Part shown: piece after piece, positions 13,861 to 26,600 of the stretch | Layout: every line of letters starts with the position of its first letter | Numbering within the stretch: the stretch's first letter is position 1 | Assembly (NCBI GenBank): GCA_050084985.1 | Contig: JBITNC010000002.1 | Span: 9,920,001 to 9,984,000 of the forward strand | Direction of reading: 5' to 3' | Source of the DNA: Nageia nagi | Taxonomy: Eukaryota; Plantae; Pinophyta | Length of the DNA stretch: 64,000 bases | The notes under the pieces: model-generated | What the model was told of the DNA's origin: nothing | Seen by the model: the letters and a program-made list of their open reading frames with translations, nothing else | The model's database searches: none | Program-made: the position numbers and the translations under genes

Positions 13861-16064
13861 CAGAAAGCCAATGATCCTTTTGATAATTTTAGAGATAAAA
13901 GGATATTTTCTTTTAATAATTGGAACAAGAAAAATTTTAAGATCATTGAATGGAATTATGATTTTTGTAAGGAATTATATGATGTTTTAGTTCATGATTT
14001 CATCAAATTGAAGGGATAGATATTCACTACTTTATAACTTGATTTGCATTTTGAAATTAATAAAGTGATCATTTGCATGGGTTTGGCTCATGAGTTTTCC
14101 TTTTCTATAGAACATAAAGAGGTTCCACTTTAATAAAATATATTATCTTATGATAAATGATTGTATTAGTATAATACTTGATGGATGATTAAAATAATAA
14201 ACAAATTAATATAACCCACAATGATGGATTATAAGGTTAATAAGTTTAGGTTAATATCTTTCATGGTTTAAGAGTTGTATAGGTGAAACAATGTTTATGA
14301 ATGTATACAAGAATGTATTCATGTTTAAGCTTGATAGTTATTAAAAACCATATCAAAATATATTAAATAAAATTTGTAAAGAGGGTACAAATTTAGATAT
14401 ATAAGCTTTTAGTATTAAAGAGTGAATTTATTCCATTTACGTATTATAATTTGTACACTATGAAAATGTGTCATGAATTAAAAATCATACATATAAAAAG
14501 GAAGTGTTTATTCAACTAAATAATTTAATGATTATATGCTTATGTGGTTAATGATATTTGTAAAGTGATGCATTCATACAATGATAGTAGATAAGAAAAT
14601 GGGTAAATAGTTAAATCATAGCATGAAAAGAAAATTTTTTATTTTATTAACTCATATGCATGTATTCAAGTTATAGGTTATTAGATATAAATTATATTAT
14701 AGTCATTTTTGGTAAAACAATAATTAACAAGTAGAGAACCTTATGAATGACTTCTTATTACTCATTCTTGGATATATATAGGATTAGATAAAAGGAAAGT
14801 AAACTTAGTTTGTCTCCCTTACATAGATGAATCGAAAATCCCTATATGGGTAAGGAGGGTATCAATTGGAAAATGATGGGTTCTAGTAAATATATATGGA
14901 TAAACTAGAACTTATATTCATTATTGTGTGATGACCAAGGGTAGAAATTAATAAAATATGCACTTGTATCTGGTGATGACACAAGGTAGTATTTCTTTCC
15001 TTACATAGTGAGGTAAAAAGATATGAACAAAATTTCTATGAGTGATGTGATGTACCCACATTATTTATGTGGAGGGTTATTTATATATGAGTGTGAATGA
15101 TATTTTTAAATAGGTTATATTGGGTGATATGGGCCCCAACATAAAATCAAATAATGTTATGATCAAAATAACTATATACTAGAGGTGAGGTAATTAGTAA
15201 TAGAGGGATCATATATCAATATTTTTTCTAATAGGTGGTGTTGTTAATAAAGTAAATTATCAAAAATAATTATGCAAGGTTGATCAAACCAGGCTTGATC
15301 AATTTATCCCACTTCATGAGTATCAAACTATATAGTAATGTATTTAAACCTTAATGTGGATCATCTTGCCCAATATAAAATTTATTATAGGTATAACACT
15401 AAAATAATTCCTAAATTTTGGGATAAATATGTGTTGGTTTTAACAAGTCTGTTACAATAGTCATAGAATCCCAAACATATTATCAACATGACTTGCATCA
15501 CTTCACTTCACTTTTTGAATATATAAAATCTTATATTTGATGAGAAAATGTTTCCTCTTTATCAATGGTGAAGCAACCAATATTCTACATATCTCCTATC
15601 GACCTAATACATTCTAATAGATATTTTGATATAATGCATTAGTGAAGATGGGCCATCAAAATTCTAGTAGGTCAAAGAACATTCATGATGTGAATTTATT
15701 TCAGTTAATATAGCATACATGACTTTCCCTTCCATCTATCCTAGTACAATCATGATATGAATATCCTTGTTACATTCATTATGTGAATGCCCTTAGTACA
15801 TTCATAATGTGAATTTCCTTGATACATTAATAAAGGTAATGTACTAAAATAGGTCAACCATTTGGAAACTCATTCACAACAAAAATGTACATGGAACATT
15901 AACATTATAAATATACTAGGGTAGGCTGACTATTTAAAAGAATAACTTATATCATGAATGCACCAAGAATGTTCATGACATGAATGTACTCAAATATACT
16001 TCTACTTATCCTGAATTTGAATTTCTTTTGGGATTCAAATTTTAATTTATTCAAGTGAGATTCA

Positions 16065-17382
16065 CTCAAATAAGATGCATGTGATGATTATAGGATATGC
16101 ATAAATGATGTTTTTGAGAAATTTAAGGAAATGCAATGGTCAGGAGTAAATTCAAACTTTTTAACCTTCTCTAGCATTCTTCTAATATGTGCAACCATGG
16201 GATTTCTAGAATAAGGTTTAGACATCCATCAAAGAGTAGTTGAAAATGTGTTTTCTTTTATTACCATGAATGTAAATATGGAAGAATATGCAGATTCCAA
16301 TAATTATTTGATAATTTGAATGATGTAGATATGATTTTATGGACATCAATGATTGTAAGATACATAAAATGGGATTCATGAAGATGCACTCTAAATATTT
16401 TTGAGGTAATGTAACAAAGTGTTATTGTGTCAAAATAATTCATATTTACCAATGTTTTTTCTCTATGTACCATCTCAACATCCTTAGAAGAATATTGATA
16501 TTCATAAAAAATTAATAAAAATTTATTAACTATGATGTTGTCATACTTAATCCTTTGATAGACATGTATCTTGAGTTGGGAGATATGCACAAAGACCATT
16601 TATGGTTTGATAAAATAATAGATAGGAACATGTTCTTATGGTATATAATGATTATAGGCTATGAATAGAATGGGTTTCATGGTGAAGAAAAGAAATATTT
16701 TAAGGAAATACCTCAAAGGGATATAATCTTATAGAATACAATGGTTATATGATAGGCATCGGAAAAGCATGGTTTAAAGGCTCTCAAGTATCTTTGAAAA
16801 ATACAATTGATTGGTTTTGAACTAGATTTAATAACCATTGCAAATATTATGGTTGTAAGTGCAACTTTAGTAGCTTTAAAGTCTATATGTTATGTTCTTC
16901 TCTCAAATATTTATGCTATGATGAGTAGGTAGAATCAAATTAGAAATAGTGTTGAAATATAAAGGTATCAAAATACTAATTGGATGTAGTTGGATTATGG
17001 TTAATAAATAAGTTCATATTATTTTATGGGATACAAATCATATCAATAAATATAAGAAATTTAGGATGCTTTGGAGAGATTATCTCTAGTGATGAAAGCA
17101 GTAGGATATGTTCCTGATACCAAATTTATTTTGTGCGATGTCAAGGGGGAGGAGAAGGAATAAATTAATTTCCATCGTAGTGGAAAAAAACTAATTATTC
17201 TTGGGTTGTTAAACATATCCTCTAGAAGAACCATTTGAGTTATGAGGAACCTTTGAGTATGAGGTGATTTTCACTTTGCCATAAAGTTTCTCTAAAAAAT
17301 TATTGTACGTAAAATCATTGTAAGGGATGCCAAATATTTTTACCATTTCAAGGATGGAAAATTTTCTCGTAGTGATTTTTGG
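16065..17382 (+). pseudogene. PLS-class PPR-E-DYW (RNA-editing factor type) pseudogene with internal deletions
   Basis: MIIGYA..FKEMQWSGVNSNFLTFSSILLICATMGFLE*GLDIHQRVVEN; YVLLSNIYA (E domain, ~16890); PG-box remnant GCSWI (~16982); MKAVGYVPDTKFILCDVKGEEKE..VMRNL*V*GDFH..IIVRDAK..HFKDGKFSRSDFW ending GAT TTT TGG at 17374-17382. Multiple stops, and the zinc ligands are mutated. Confidence 0.92.
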
Positions 17383-19079
17383 TTGTTAAATAATGGATGT
17401 TTACTATGAGAATGGAATGAAATGTTTTTCCAAAAAATAATCTATTTTAGAAAATTATTTTACTTCCATGATATTGGAGTTGTATTGTATGTAGATAAGC
17501 ATTTGAATATAATCTATTTTGGAATTCATTCCAACCTTTTGTTAGATTAAAAAAATCTTCAAACCTTGAGGTGTGATTTTTAGACTAGAGTTTTCCTAAA
17601 ACATAATCCAAATAATTGTTAATATTAAATTACTAAAGATATTTATATAGAGTTTAATTAAAAATATTTTATTCTTGTAAAATTAGGCTTTTTTATGTTA
17701 GGTGTGTTGGAAACCTAGCATACTAAATATCATAAGCCAACATCAAAAAGAAAGGTTTCCTACACTTTGCTCATAAACATGGTCCCCACCCCATTTTATT
17801 AGGTTCAAACATGGTCCCTATCATATTTTTAGTAAAATGCAACCATTTTTACCAAATGTGGTCTTGTTTCATAACAAAAGTGAGTTTTGACTACATTTTC
17901 TAGTTTTAGTTAAATTTTTTCAAGTTTGAAAAATTATCTTAATTTAGCTTATTCTCTTGATTCATAGGAATGACTTCTACTAAGTTTAGAGTATCTTAGA
18001 TAGGATTTCTAAGCTATTTTAGGAGTATTGATTTGTAGATTGAATTGTAACTATTGCAATTCTCACATCAATTATAATTTCTTAGGACCAAAAAGCATGA
18101 TTTGAATCAAAATAAGCTTCCTTAAACCATAATATACATTCAAATTAGTTCAAAATAATCATCCAACCCAACTCTATTAAAGAACCCTTACAAGACAAGT
18201 TGTATCATTATTTGTAATTTCATTTTATTGTATCAATTGAAATATATTTTGACTTCAAAACTTGGTTATTTTATGATAATCTTATATTCTCCCATTTGTT
18301 TTCTTCTAAAACAAGGCTTAACAACAAGCTTGCATAAGAAATGAAAATCCTATAATGATTTTGAGTAGAAAGAAAAGTTATAGGGACCTTTCCTTTTCTA
18401 TTCTCTTCTATCACTCCTTCTAATTTATCTCTATTACAAAAGTTATTTTGTAGGTATTTTTTCTTTGTTGGTTAATGGATAAGAGAGAGTGTTAATTTTT
18501 CTCTGATTGCATAGAGGCAATCGAAGCTATGATATTGAGATAAAATGATTCTCTAGAAAAAATATAAAGTGAAGTGGAAAAAAAGAAAATAATATTTTCT
18601 TAACTAGAGCAACATGTTTATTCATTCATATCATATTCTACATAAGTTACACTAAGAAATGATCTTACGTAATTCATAAAGTATGTCATCACTAGATATA
18701 GATAATACATATTATTATAAAAATATGGAAGTTATTCTTTTAGTTAGGTGAAAAACACCAAATCAAGCATAGTAACCCATTCTTTGAAATTATGCAATCT
18801 GTTAATAAGTAGGGTATCACCTCATTCTTGAAAATAACATAATATCAATGGTAATTCTAATATTTTTTTTAAAGAAATGCATCTTATATAGAACCAAATA
18901 ATATTTCAATTTAATTATTTGGGCAAATATTTAGGGATGATTTCCCCAAGTAGTGATTAATAAAGAGGATGATTTTAAACATGAATTGGTGGAAAATATT
19001 TCCCAATAGAGGGTAACAAAGCTTACAATTTGGCTAAAACTTGAAACTGGTTGAGGCTAATTTGAAGTAAGAATTAGCA

Positions 19080-19590
19080 AATTCACAATTATAGCATCAT
19101 AGTGAACAATTTTTTCTTAGTTGTTGATAGATGTCAACACATTCTTCCAAGGATGTTGAGTTCATACATAAAGAAATAATAGTAGCAAATGTGAATTCTT
19201 TTGCTACAACACCACATCATTGCATTCTCTTAAAAATATTTAGAGCACCTCCTTATGAATCTTATTTTGTGTATATCCTATAATCATTACAATTTATGAA
19301 ACTTTGTCTTCATTATGCATCTTATCAAATGATTCCTAGGCCTTGTGTATTCATCCACATTTTCAAGGAAATCACAACCACAACATTCAATGAAGCCATT
19401 TTCAACTACTCTTTGATAGATGTCCTTACCTTCTTCTAGATCTCCCATAGTTGTACATGTTGAAAGAATGTTGGCAAAGGTTGCAAAGTCGAACTTTACT
19501 CCTAACCATTGCATTTTCTTAAAAGTTTCCAAGTCTTTCTCAGAAAACCCATTTGTGCATATCCTACTATCATCACAAGCATCTTGTTCG
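19080..19590 (-). pseudogene. PLS-class PPR fragment, inverted homolog of 16065-16550
   Basis: ORF 19287-19532 ETFKKMQWLGVKFDFATFANILSTCTTMGDLEEGKDIYQRVVENGF, followed by FDKMH..MIIGY. Nucleotide homology to 16065-16550. Confidence 0.88.
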
Positions 19591-21749
19591 ATTGAGTCAC
19601 ACCTGAATGGAATTCAAATTTGAATCTTGCCAAATGAAATTCAAATTTGGGACAAATGTGAATACATTCATGACATGAGTGATTCTATCAAGTGGTTGAT
19701 CTATTCTAGTACATTCATGATGTGAATGTTCTCAGTACAATATCCACATCATGAATATATTTTCATGTGGCTGACCTATTATAGTACATTCACATTGTGA
19801 ATGTGCCAAGGACATTCACACTGTGAATATAGACAGAAGGGCCATATGCGAGGGGTCCATTAACTTAAATACATTCATGTATTAGACGTTATGGAAAGTG
19901 GATAGCTCCACCTTCTTTAACAGGTTGTGTTAGAATGTGTCAGATCCATAGGGGATGATATGAATGTTGGATACGCTTTACCCTTCATAAATCTTCTTTT
20001 TTAAAAGGTGTTGAAACCTTTGAGATATCAAAATATACAATTTATATTTGTTGTGGAGTGGTAACTTGTCTCTTTTTAAACAATTTATTTATTTTACTTC
20101 ACTATCATCTTTTCTCCAACTTTTATTATAAATTTATTATTTTTAATGTAATATTTATATTTTTTTCTAATATTAATATTTGATCACTTAAGATGTTATT
20201 TAATTTTAAATAATAAGATATAACATTATAAGTAAATTATTAATAAAACAATTTTCAAATAAATATTAAATAAATTCTATTTGTGAATTGCTTATATAGT
20301 AACAACATATTTTAACTTATGGAATGGTATAGAAGGTGCCAAATAATAAAGACAACAATAACTTAAATTCCTCACAAATATCAACAGAATATTTCTGCAT
20401 AGGACGACATGACGGACCATTTGGCAATTTAATCAGTTCACACGGAATTAATTATTTCCTGCTTTATGCATTTTCTACGTATGAAGACAATTCACTAATA
20501 CATCAAATCCCAGAATTGCACTATATAGATGAAGAGGACAAGAAGAGACTTGAAGATGATGACGTCTTGCTCTTGCTTTTACAGAATTTTACCTTCTAAA
20601 TTGAAAGTTTAGGGATCTCTTTGATATTATTACTTTAAAATGAAAGAGATAAATATTTATTTAATTATGTAATGTATTTTTGGATGAGATATTAGAAGTA
20701 TGAAAAGCGTCGAACAATGACGATTACAAGAAAGAAAAACTTGGGCTTCCATTTACATGTCCTTCATTCATCAACTACATTCAAATTGTATTTTATTTTT
20801 TATAAAAAATTTCATAATGTTTTATATTTACTATTATTATCTTTGTATTAACTTTACTTTTAGGAGCTTACATTCTTTTTTTAATGGTTTTTGTTTCTAT
20901 AGAAGTTTCTTTTTTGTTGAAGATGTTAAAAGTGATAACCATAGCTCGAAGAAAGTGATTTAGGAAGTTCATAATAAAAATTTGCCATGAGATAATTAGT
21001 TTACCTTTAATATTATTTTCCCTTGTCATGATTTTGATCATGTATGTAGATGGTTATAGCAACATATTTTTTAGGTCATATCTCAAATGATGCTCCCATT
21101 TGATAATAGGTACACATAACTTAGCATCCACATCGTATGAAGATTAAGTCTTCAAAACCTTACCAAAAGTATCCTAGTATGTTCAAAGTACCTATTTAGT
21201 AATTCACTCTTATTATAGAAATTTCTTATTTTCTAAGGGGGATTTATAACTTGAATCACCAATATGATTGGACTTGGCAAGGCTTCATTTACCATTGACC
21301 TCTTCTTTAGTCTCTAGTGGCTTCCATAGGTAAGTTCATCTACATGAAGCAACCTTAATTTTATGTTATTCAACCTCATAAATGCCTATATGTTTAAATT
21401 TAACTCTTTTGGAATCTTAAATAATTTATAGATATTTAGGTAAGTTATATCACTTTTAATGATGAATTATTTATATTAACCTACCAAATTCTTTCTTTCA
21501 TTACCAAAACTCAACATATAAGATTAAATATTGCCCATTTAATAGAGGTTTCTTCAAGTCTAAAGCTCCTCAAGCACCATCTTAGGCACCCTCTTTACCT
21601 ACATATATAACTAGTGGGGTACAAGAGGAATATACTATAATCTAAAATTACAAGTGAATAACATTAATATGAAAAAGGGGAAGGCCATCCTCCCTACAAA
21701 TTCATAACATAACTTGCACATTTATGATCTTTGGGTTGCAAACAAAATT

Positions 21750-22495
21750 AGTTAGAAATTGATGAAACAGGATTGGATTGGTAATGGGGTGCTTGAATTT
21801 GGCTTGCTTTGGTCTTCATTTGTTGGAGTGTGGAGCCTATTATCCTAGAAGGTGCATGTATGCAGCTATGTACGATGGAGCACCCTTATGAACCCTTATT
21901 TACATGTACATCTAGATTGGCATTTAAGCAAATTTAATTGTGTCAGGTGCAACAAGGCCCCTCTGCCCAACCAATGGCCTTAATCGAAGGTTGAGCAAAC
22001 TTTTTGGGTCTATTTTTAGTCATTTTTTAGAAATAATGTTATTCATGTAAAACCTATTTTTAGTGGTGAATCTAGATCGTTGATATTTAGGTCATATATT
22101 GTATTCTCCATTATATAAGAGGATTTTGTATGAAGGAAATATCATTGTATTAGAGTTGAGCTAGGGTTTGAGCATATGGGAGCTTGATAGAGAGCTTATG
22201 AGAGACTGAGGAGATATTGCATCAGGGTTGATGATGATTGTAATCCCTCTATTTTTTGGACTATGATAAAGATCTTATTTGTAGTTTCTCTAGGGATGTA
22301 GCCCACACTAGGTGAACCTTATTAAATATTATGGTAATCTCTTGTGTGAGTGTTCTTGATTATTTTTTTACTCATGCAAGTTTTATTTCGCATATATATT
22401 TTTCTTGAATCTATATTTACCCCTCGTGATCTGTCTATCTTGATCATTTTTTGCTAATTTGAAGTATAAATGCCCAAGATTTAGAGCATAAACAT
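21750..22495 (+). mobile_element. Probable solo LTR (Copia-type U5 motif)
   Basis: TATAAG (~22114) and ggatgtagcccacactaggtgaacc (~22295). The latter matches ggatgtagcatacattgggtgaacc in the PBS-adjacent LTR at ~47805-47830 (minus). Ends approximate. Confidence 0.5.
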
Positions 22496-23687
22496 CTAAA
22501 GTATATGATCCAATTTGGAGGGAGGATAGTCATGTCCTATGGAAAATACTTTTGTCCCTTATAATAAATACTTGTGACCATAGTTTAATAAAATCTCTTA
22601 CTAGATGCATGTATCAATAAGCATAAACCAATGACAATGCTAGACCACCTAATTGGCTCAAATTATCATGAATCTCAAATGTTTACTATAAAATCTCCTT
22701 CAATAATCTCAAGTTCATAAGACACTATGCATCACACTATAAACATCCAACCAACCAATGCACTAACATAATTTGATGTTTTTATACTTTTCAAAAGGAT
22801 AAAGAAGAGTCTTCATTTTTAAAAAAGGTACTAAGTTGAAATCATACATGAGAAGTATTGATTGGTTTGATGATGTGAAAGATTTTGATCATAAGAGTTC
22901 TTTCTTATAAATAAGAAAACAAGGTATTTGAAGATATAAAATAAGAATACAAGAATATCAATAGAATTTGAACACTTTAATGATTTTAAAGTAATACAAT
23001 TATGATTATATTAATATTTTAGAGTACAAGTCACCAATAATAATCTAATGATTATAATATACAACAAATATTGGTATTCTATTCTTGCTCAATGGTATGA
23101 TACACTTTTTACTTCATCACAGAGAATCATGATGATCAATTGTATGAATTCATACTATAGGATTTTAAATTATTTATCACTAATTACTCTTATAATCCAT
23201 ATCATCATTCATTATAATCTAAATTAATATTTATATCACTATATGGAAAACCCTTTTTACATTACCACAATTTTTCAAATCGCTAAAGTCTCCAAATTTC
23301 TAAGCGTTCTAGAATTCTTTATTTCTTAGGATATATTTGAAATTCTCTCTTAGTAATAAGAACCACTAGAGTTTCATTTCAAACATTCTCAATTTCCCAA
23401 GGATGTTTTGTATATTAAGAATATTGAAGAGGATATCTACCTTAATCATTCCTCATTTGTTTCTCTATTATAGACTATTGATAGACTTAGAAACATATGA
23501 TTTTAAAAAGCCTAATATATTTAGTGTAGAAATATTATGTTGCAGATAATATTTACCTCAAAAAACTAAAGCTTGTAATATTTTTACTATAAAGTACATG
23601 CTAATATATTTTTCTTTATGGTCAAATTTATAATACTTGTAATGATTTTAAGTGGGATGGTATCATCCTTTTCCTTTTACAATATTA

Positions 23688-26600
23688 AGATTCATAATTA
23701 GTTATAAGAAATAAGTTAAATGAGCATCAACACTAAAGGGAATATCAACATTAGGATTCCTAAAGAATTAGGTGTTGGCATGTCAATGGATCATGGAGAG
23801 AGGTGGTTGTTTCATCTAAGGGCATTTGGAGACTTGATCATACATGCTTGTTCTACCAAAATGGTCCCTAAATTATTGACCTAATTTAGGATCCAACTTA
23901 GGTAGCCTTGCCCTATTATAACTTGACATACTACATTGAATGGTAGTGTCAATGTTGAGCTAAGCATCGATGCTAAGGTCCTTTTAAGGTTTTCCTTTAG
24001 ATTTGTAAATTAAACATAATGTTGTTTATAATTGCTTTGGTTACTTTTTGTTCATATTTTCATGTACTTATCCTAGCATTAAAATTGGCGTAGAAGAACA
24101 TATTTTTAGAAGTTGAAGTAGTTTTAGGCATTTTAAAATTAGTTCTTGGGAGTTGGAAAGTCATGTAACTATCTAATGGCTTTGATTTTCATAAATAGAC
24201 ATTCCTAGGACTTTATTAACAAAGAATTTTGTATTTTCCATGCATAGAGAAGATTGTTGAAAGATAGAACAACCATATTTCATGAATATATAGTAAAGAG
24301 AAGATTTTGTTGTGTGACAAGTGTTGCAGATCTAGGAGTTGCAAAACAAGGCCTCCTCTTGGTTGAATGTATTGTTCTTATGAAATAACTAAAGTCTAAA
24401 TACTCTTGAACCTATTATATATTTCTATGTTATTCATTTTTATTTACTTGGATGTAAAATGTGTTGGAATGCATAATACATTATTGTAAAGGTTTTGTAA
24501 TGTTCCTCTTTGTAAATTCACCAATACTTAATTATATCACTAGATACCTTAAGTATTTAAATGAATATGATAATGTAACTTGTCCTACACTCCATGTCAT
24601 GAGCATGGCCCTTTGGTAAAAAGGATTTGCATGTCATGCCATTGTACAATGGTCAAACGGGTGATCCAAAGGGGGATTTTGGCCTATAAATAGAATGCCC
24701 CCTCTTTTTGATCACTCACCAATTTGAGAAGCAAAGTTTTTCTTTAGGATAGTGATTAGGAGATGAAGTTAGGAGGATTGTAAGAGAGTTGTATTTGTGA
24801 ATGAAGTAAGATATTGTTAATGGATGTACTCTTGGTTGGAGGAACCACTTTATATCTTGAGTTATTTTTTGAGATTGTATATGCTTGTGTTCTTGATGTT
24901 AGAGTGAGCTTCCATGTGGTCTTGGTAGTTTAGTATTATATTAGTTATATTTAAATACCTTAATAGAAGGGATATTATTTTGTAAGAGCAATTATAGGAT
25001 AATCATTATATTTTATTTTGAATACATGGAATGTTGATAATATAAAAAATAAAAGTCTTAAAATCCCTATTTCAGGATTCTTTCAAATCCATAGGATTAA
25101 GGTGATTACATATCATGTGGTATCAAATTTGGTTGAGATTATTGTTTGGAATTTATTAATTTATTTCAAAGTTATAGTTATTTTATGTTTATGACTAGAT
25201 CTAGGAATGAAAGCAACTTGGTGGAGATAGACCTTGAGATTGGCTCTAGAATTTATTTAAGAAAGAAAAAAGAAATGGACATTATAGAATCATTAGTTAA
25301 AGAGGAATATTGGAACCATATAAGAAATGCATAAAGACTTGATCATATAAATTATAGAGTTTAAGACCACCAATGCAAGAAAAGAACCTTATTTTGGTGA
25401 GAGTTCACAACAGGCACAAAACATACCTTTGAAACTAGAGGTAAATTTTAACTTTAGTTCTTTTGTAGGTGAAATTAATGTCAAAAAGTTAAATCAATGG
25501 TTAAATAAAATGGATGTTTTTTTTAGAATACAAAAGATTTAGGATGGTAATTATAAGATTCAGGTAGCTACTCTTAAATTAGAAGGACATGTTTTAGTTT
25601 TGTGGGAAGCTTATTGTGATGCCATCAAGAATGGTTATGAATTTAATGTTTCAAAATGGAAGAATTTCAAGGAACTTCTACAAAATAAGTTTTATTCTCT
25701 TGGCCATCAATAAAATCAAACCATGGAATGGTTCCATTTCTAACAAGAGAAAGGGAAAAGTGTCAAAGAATACAAAATTAAATTCAAAAAGAGGGCTACA
25801 CTAATTGGTATTTCCTTGAAAAGCCAAGAGACTTTGTTGAAATATATTGGAGGTTTAAATAGTTATCTTTGCCATAGTATTTTTCCTTTTAATACTTCCA
25901 ATTTGGATCAAGCTTATATTCAATAACAACACTTGGAGGCTCATGGGAAGACCAAAAATGAGGAAAAATACTCTAAGAAGAATCCATAAGAGAATGAAAA
26001 GGTTAATGTAACAAAATAAAAATAAAAATAAGAAGATTTAGTGCTCAATTTGCAAGAAGACATGGCATGAGGAAGATAAGTGTTGGTACACACAACTAGA
26101 GCTTAAGCCAATATAGTTTAAGGAGAAACCTAAGAAAAAGGTAGCATCAATATTCAAGGCAACATGATCACTTAAGCAATAAGAGATTTGTAAGGTTGAA
26201 GATCATGTAAATGTTGATGAAGCAATTAATTACATGGTTCTTAGTGGATCATCATTAAAAGGTGAAGAGGAGGAGAAGAAAATATAATTGTTCTCCATCA
26301 AGGTACAAGATAAGAAGAGCAATATTGATGCACTTGTTGATCTTAGTTCTCAAGTAAATTTATTTTCAAAAAAATTGATGCATAGGTTGGGGTTCAAGAC
26401 TAGTTATCCTTATCCATAGCCTTATCCACTTAGGTGGGTGACCAAAAATGAAACTATGCAAGTCACACACCAATGAAAGTTAAGGTTTACTATTAATGCT
26501 CATTATATTGATGAGGTTGAATTTGATGTTGTGCCTATTAATATTTCTATAATACTATTATGTAGTCTTCATTTGTTTGATAGGGATGCTATATATTATA

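Larger units (their letters stand above)
15565..19985. repeat. Long diverged inverted repeat (arms ~15565-16550 and ~19080-19985), each arm = palindrome array + PPR fragment
   Basis: Reverse complement of 19985-19925 aligns with 15567-15620. Reverse complement of 19690-19555 aligns with 15966-16100 (gaatttgaatttc..ggattcaaattt..attcaagtg.gattca.tc.aa.aagatgc.tgtgatga..taggatatgca). Homology continues through ctcaacatcctt.gaagaat and actatgatg. Confidence 0.85.

Noticed and set aside
14000-15450. AT-rich stretch with faint short repeats
   Set aside because: No motif, terminus or homology could be established.
15675-15995. CRISPR-like look of spaced palindromic repeats
   Set aside because: Eukaryotic context, degenerate repeats, linkers short and partly repeated rather than unique spacers, and no cas genes.
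17090-17382. Idea that the DYW deaminase domain explains the regional C>T erosion
   Set aside because: The domain is broken (stops, lost HxE/CxxC residues), DYW proteins act on organellar RNA, and methylcytosine deamination is a sufficient explanation.
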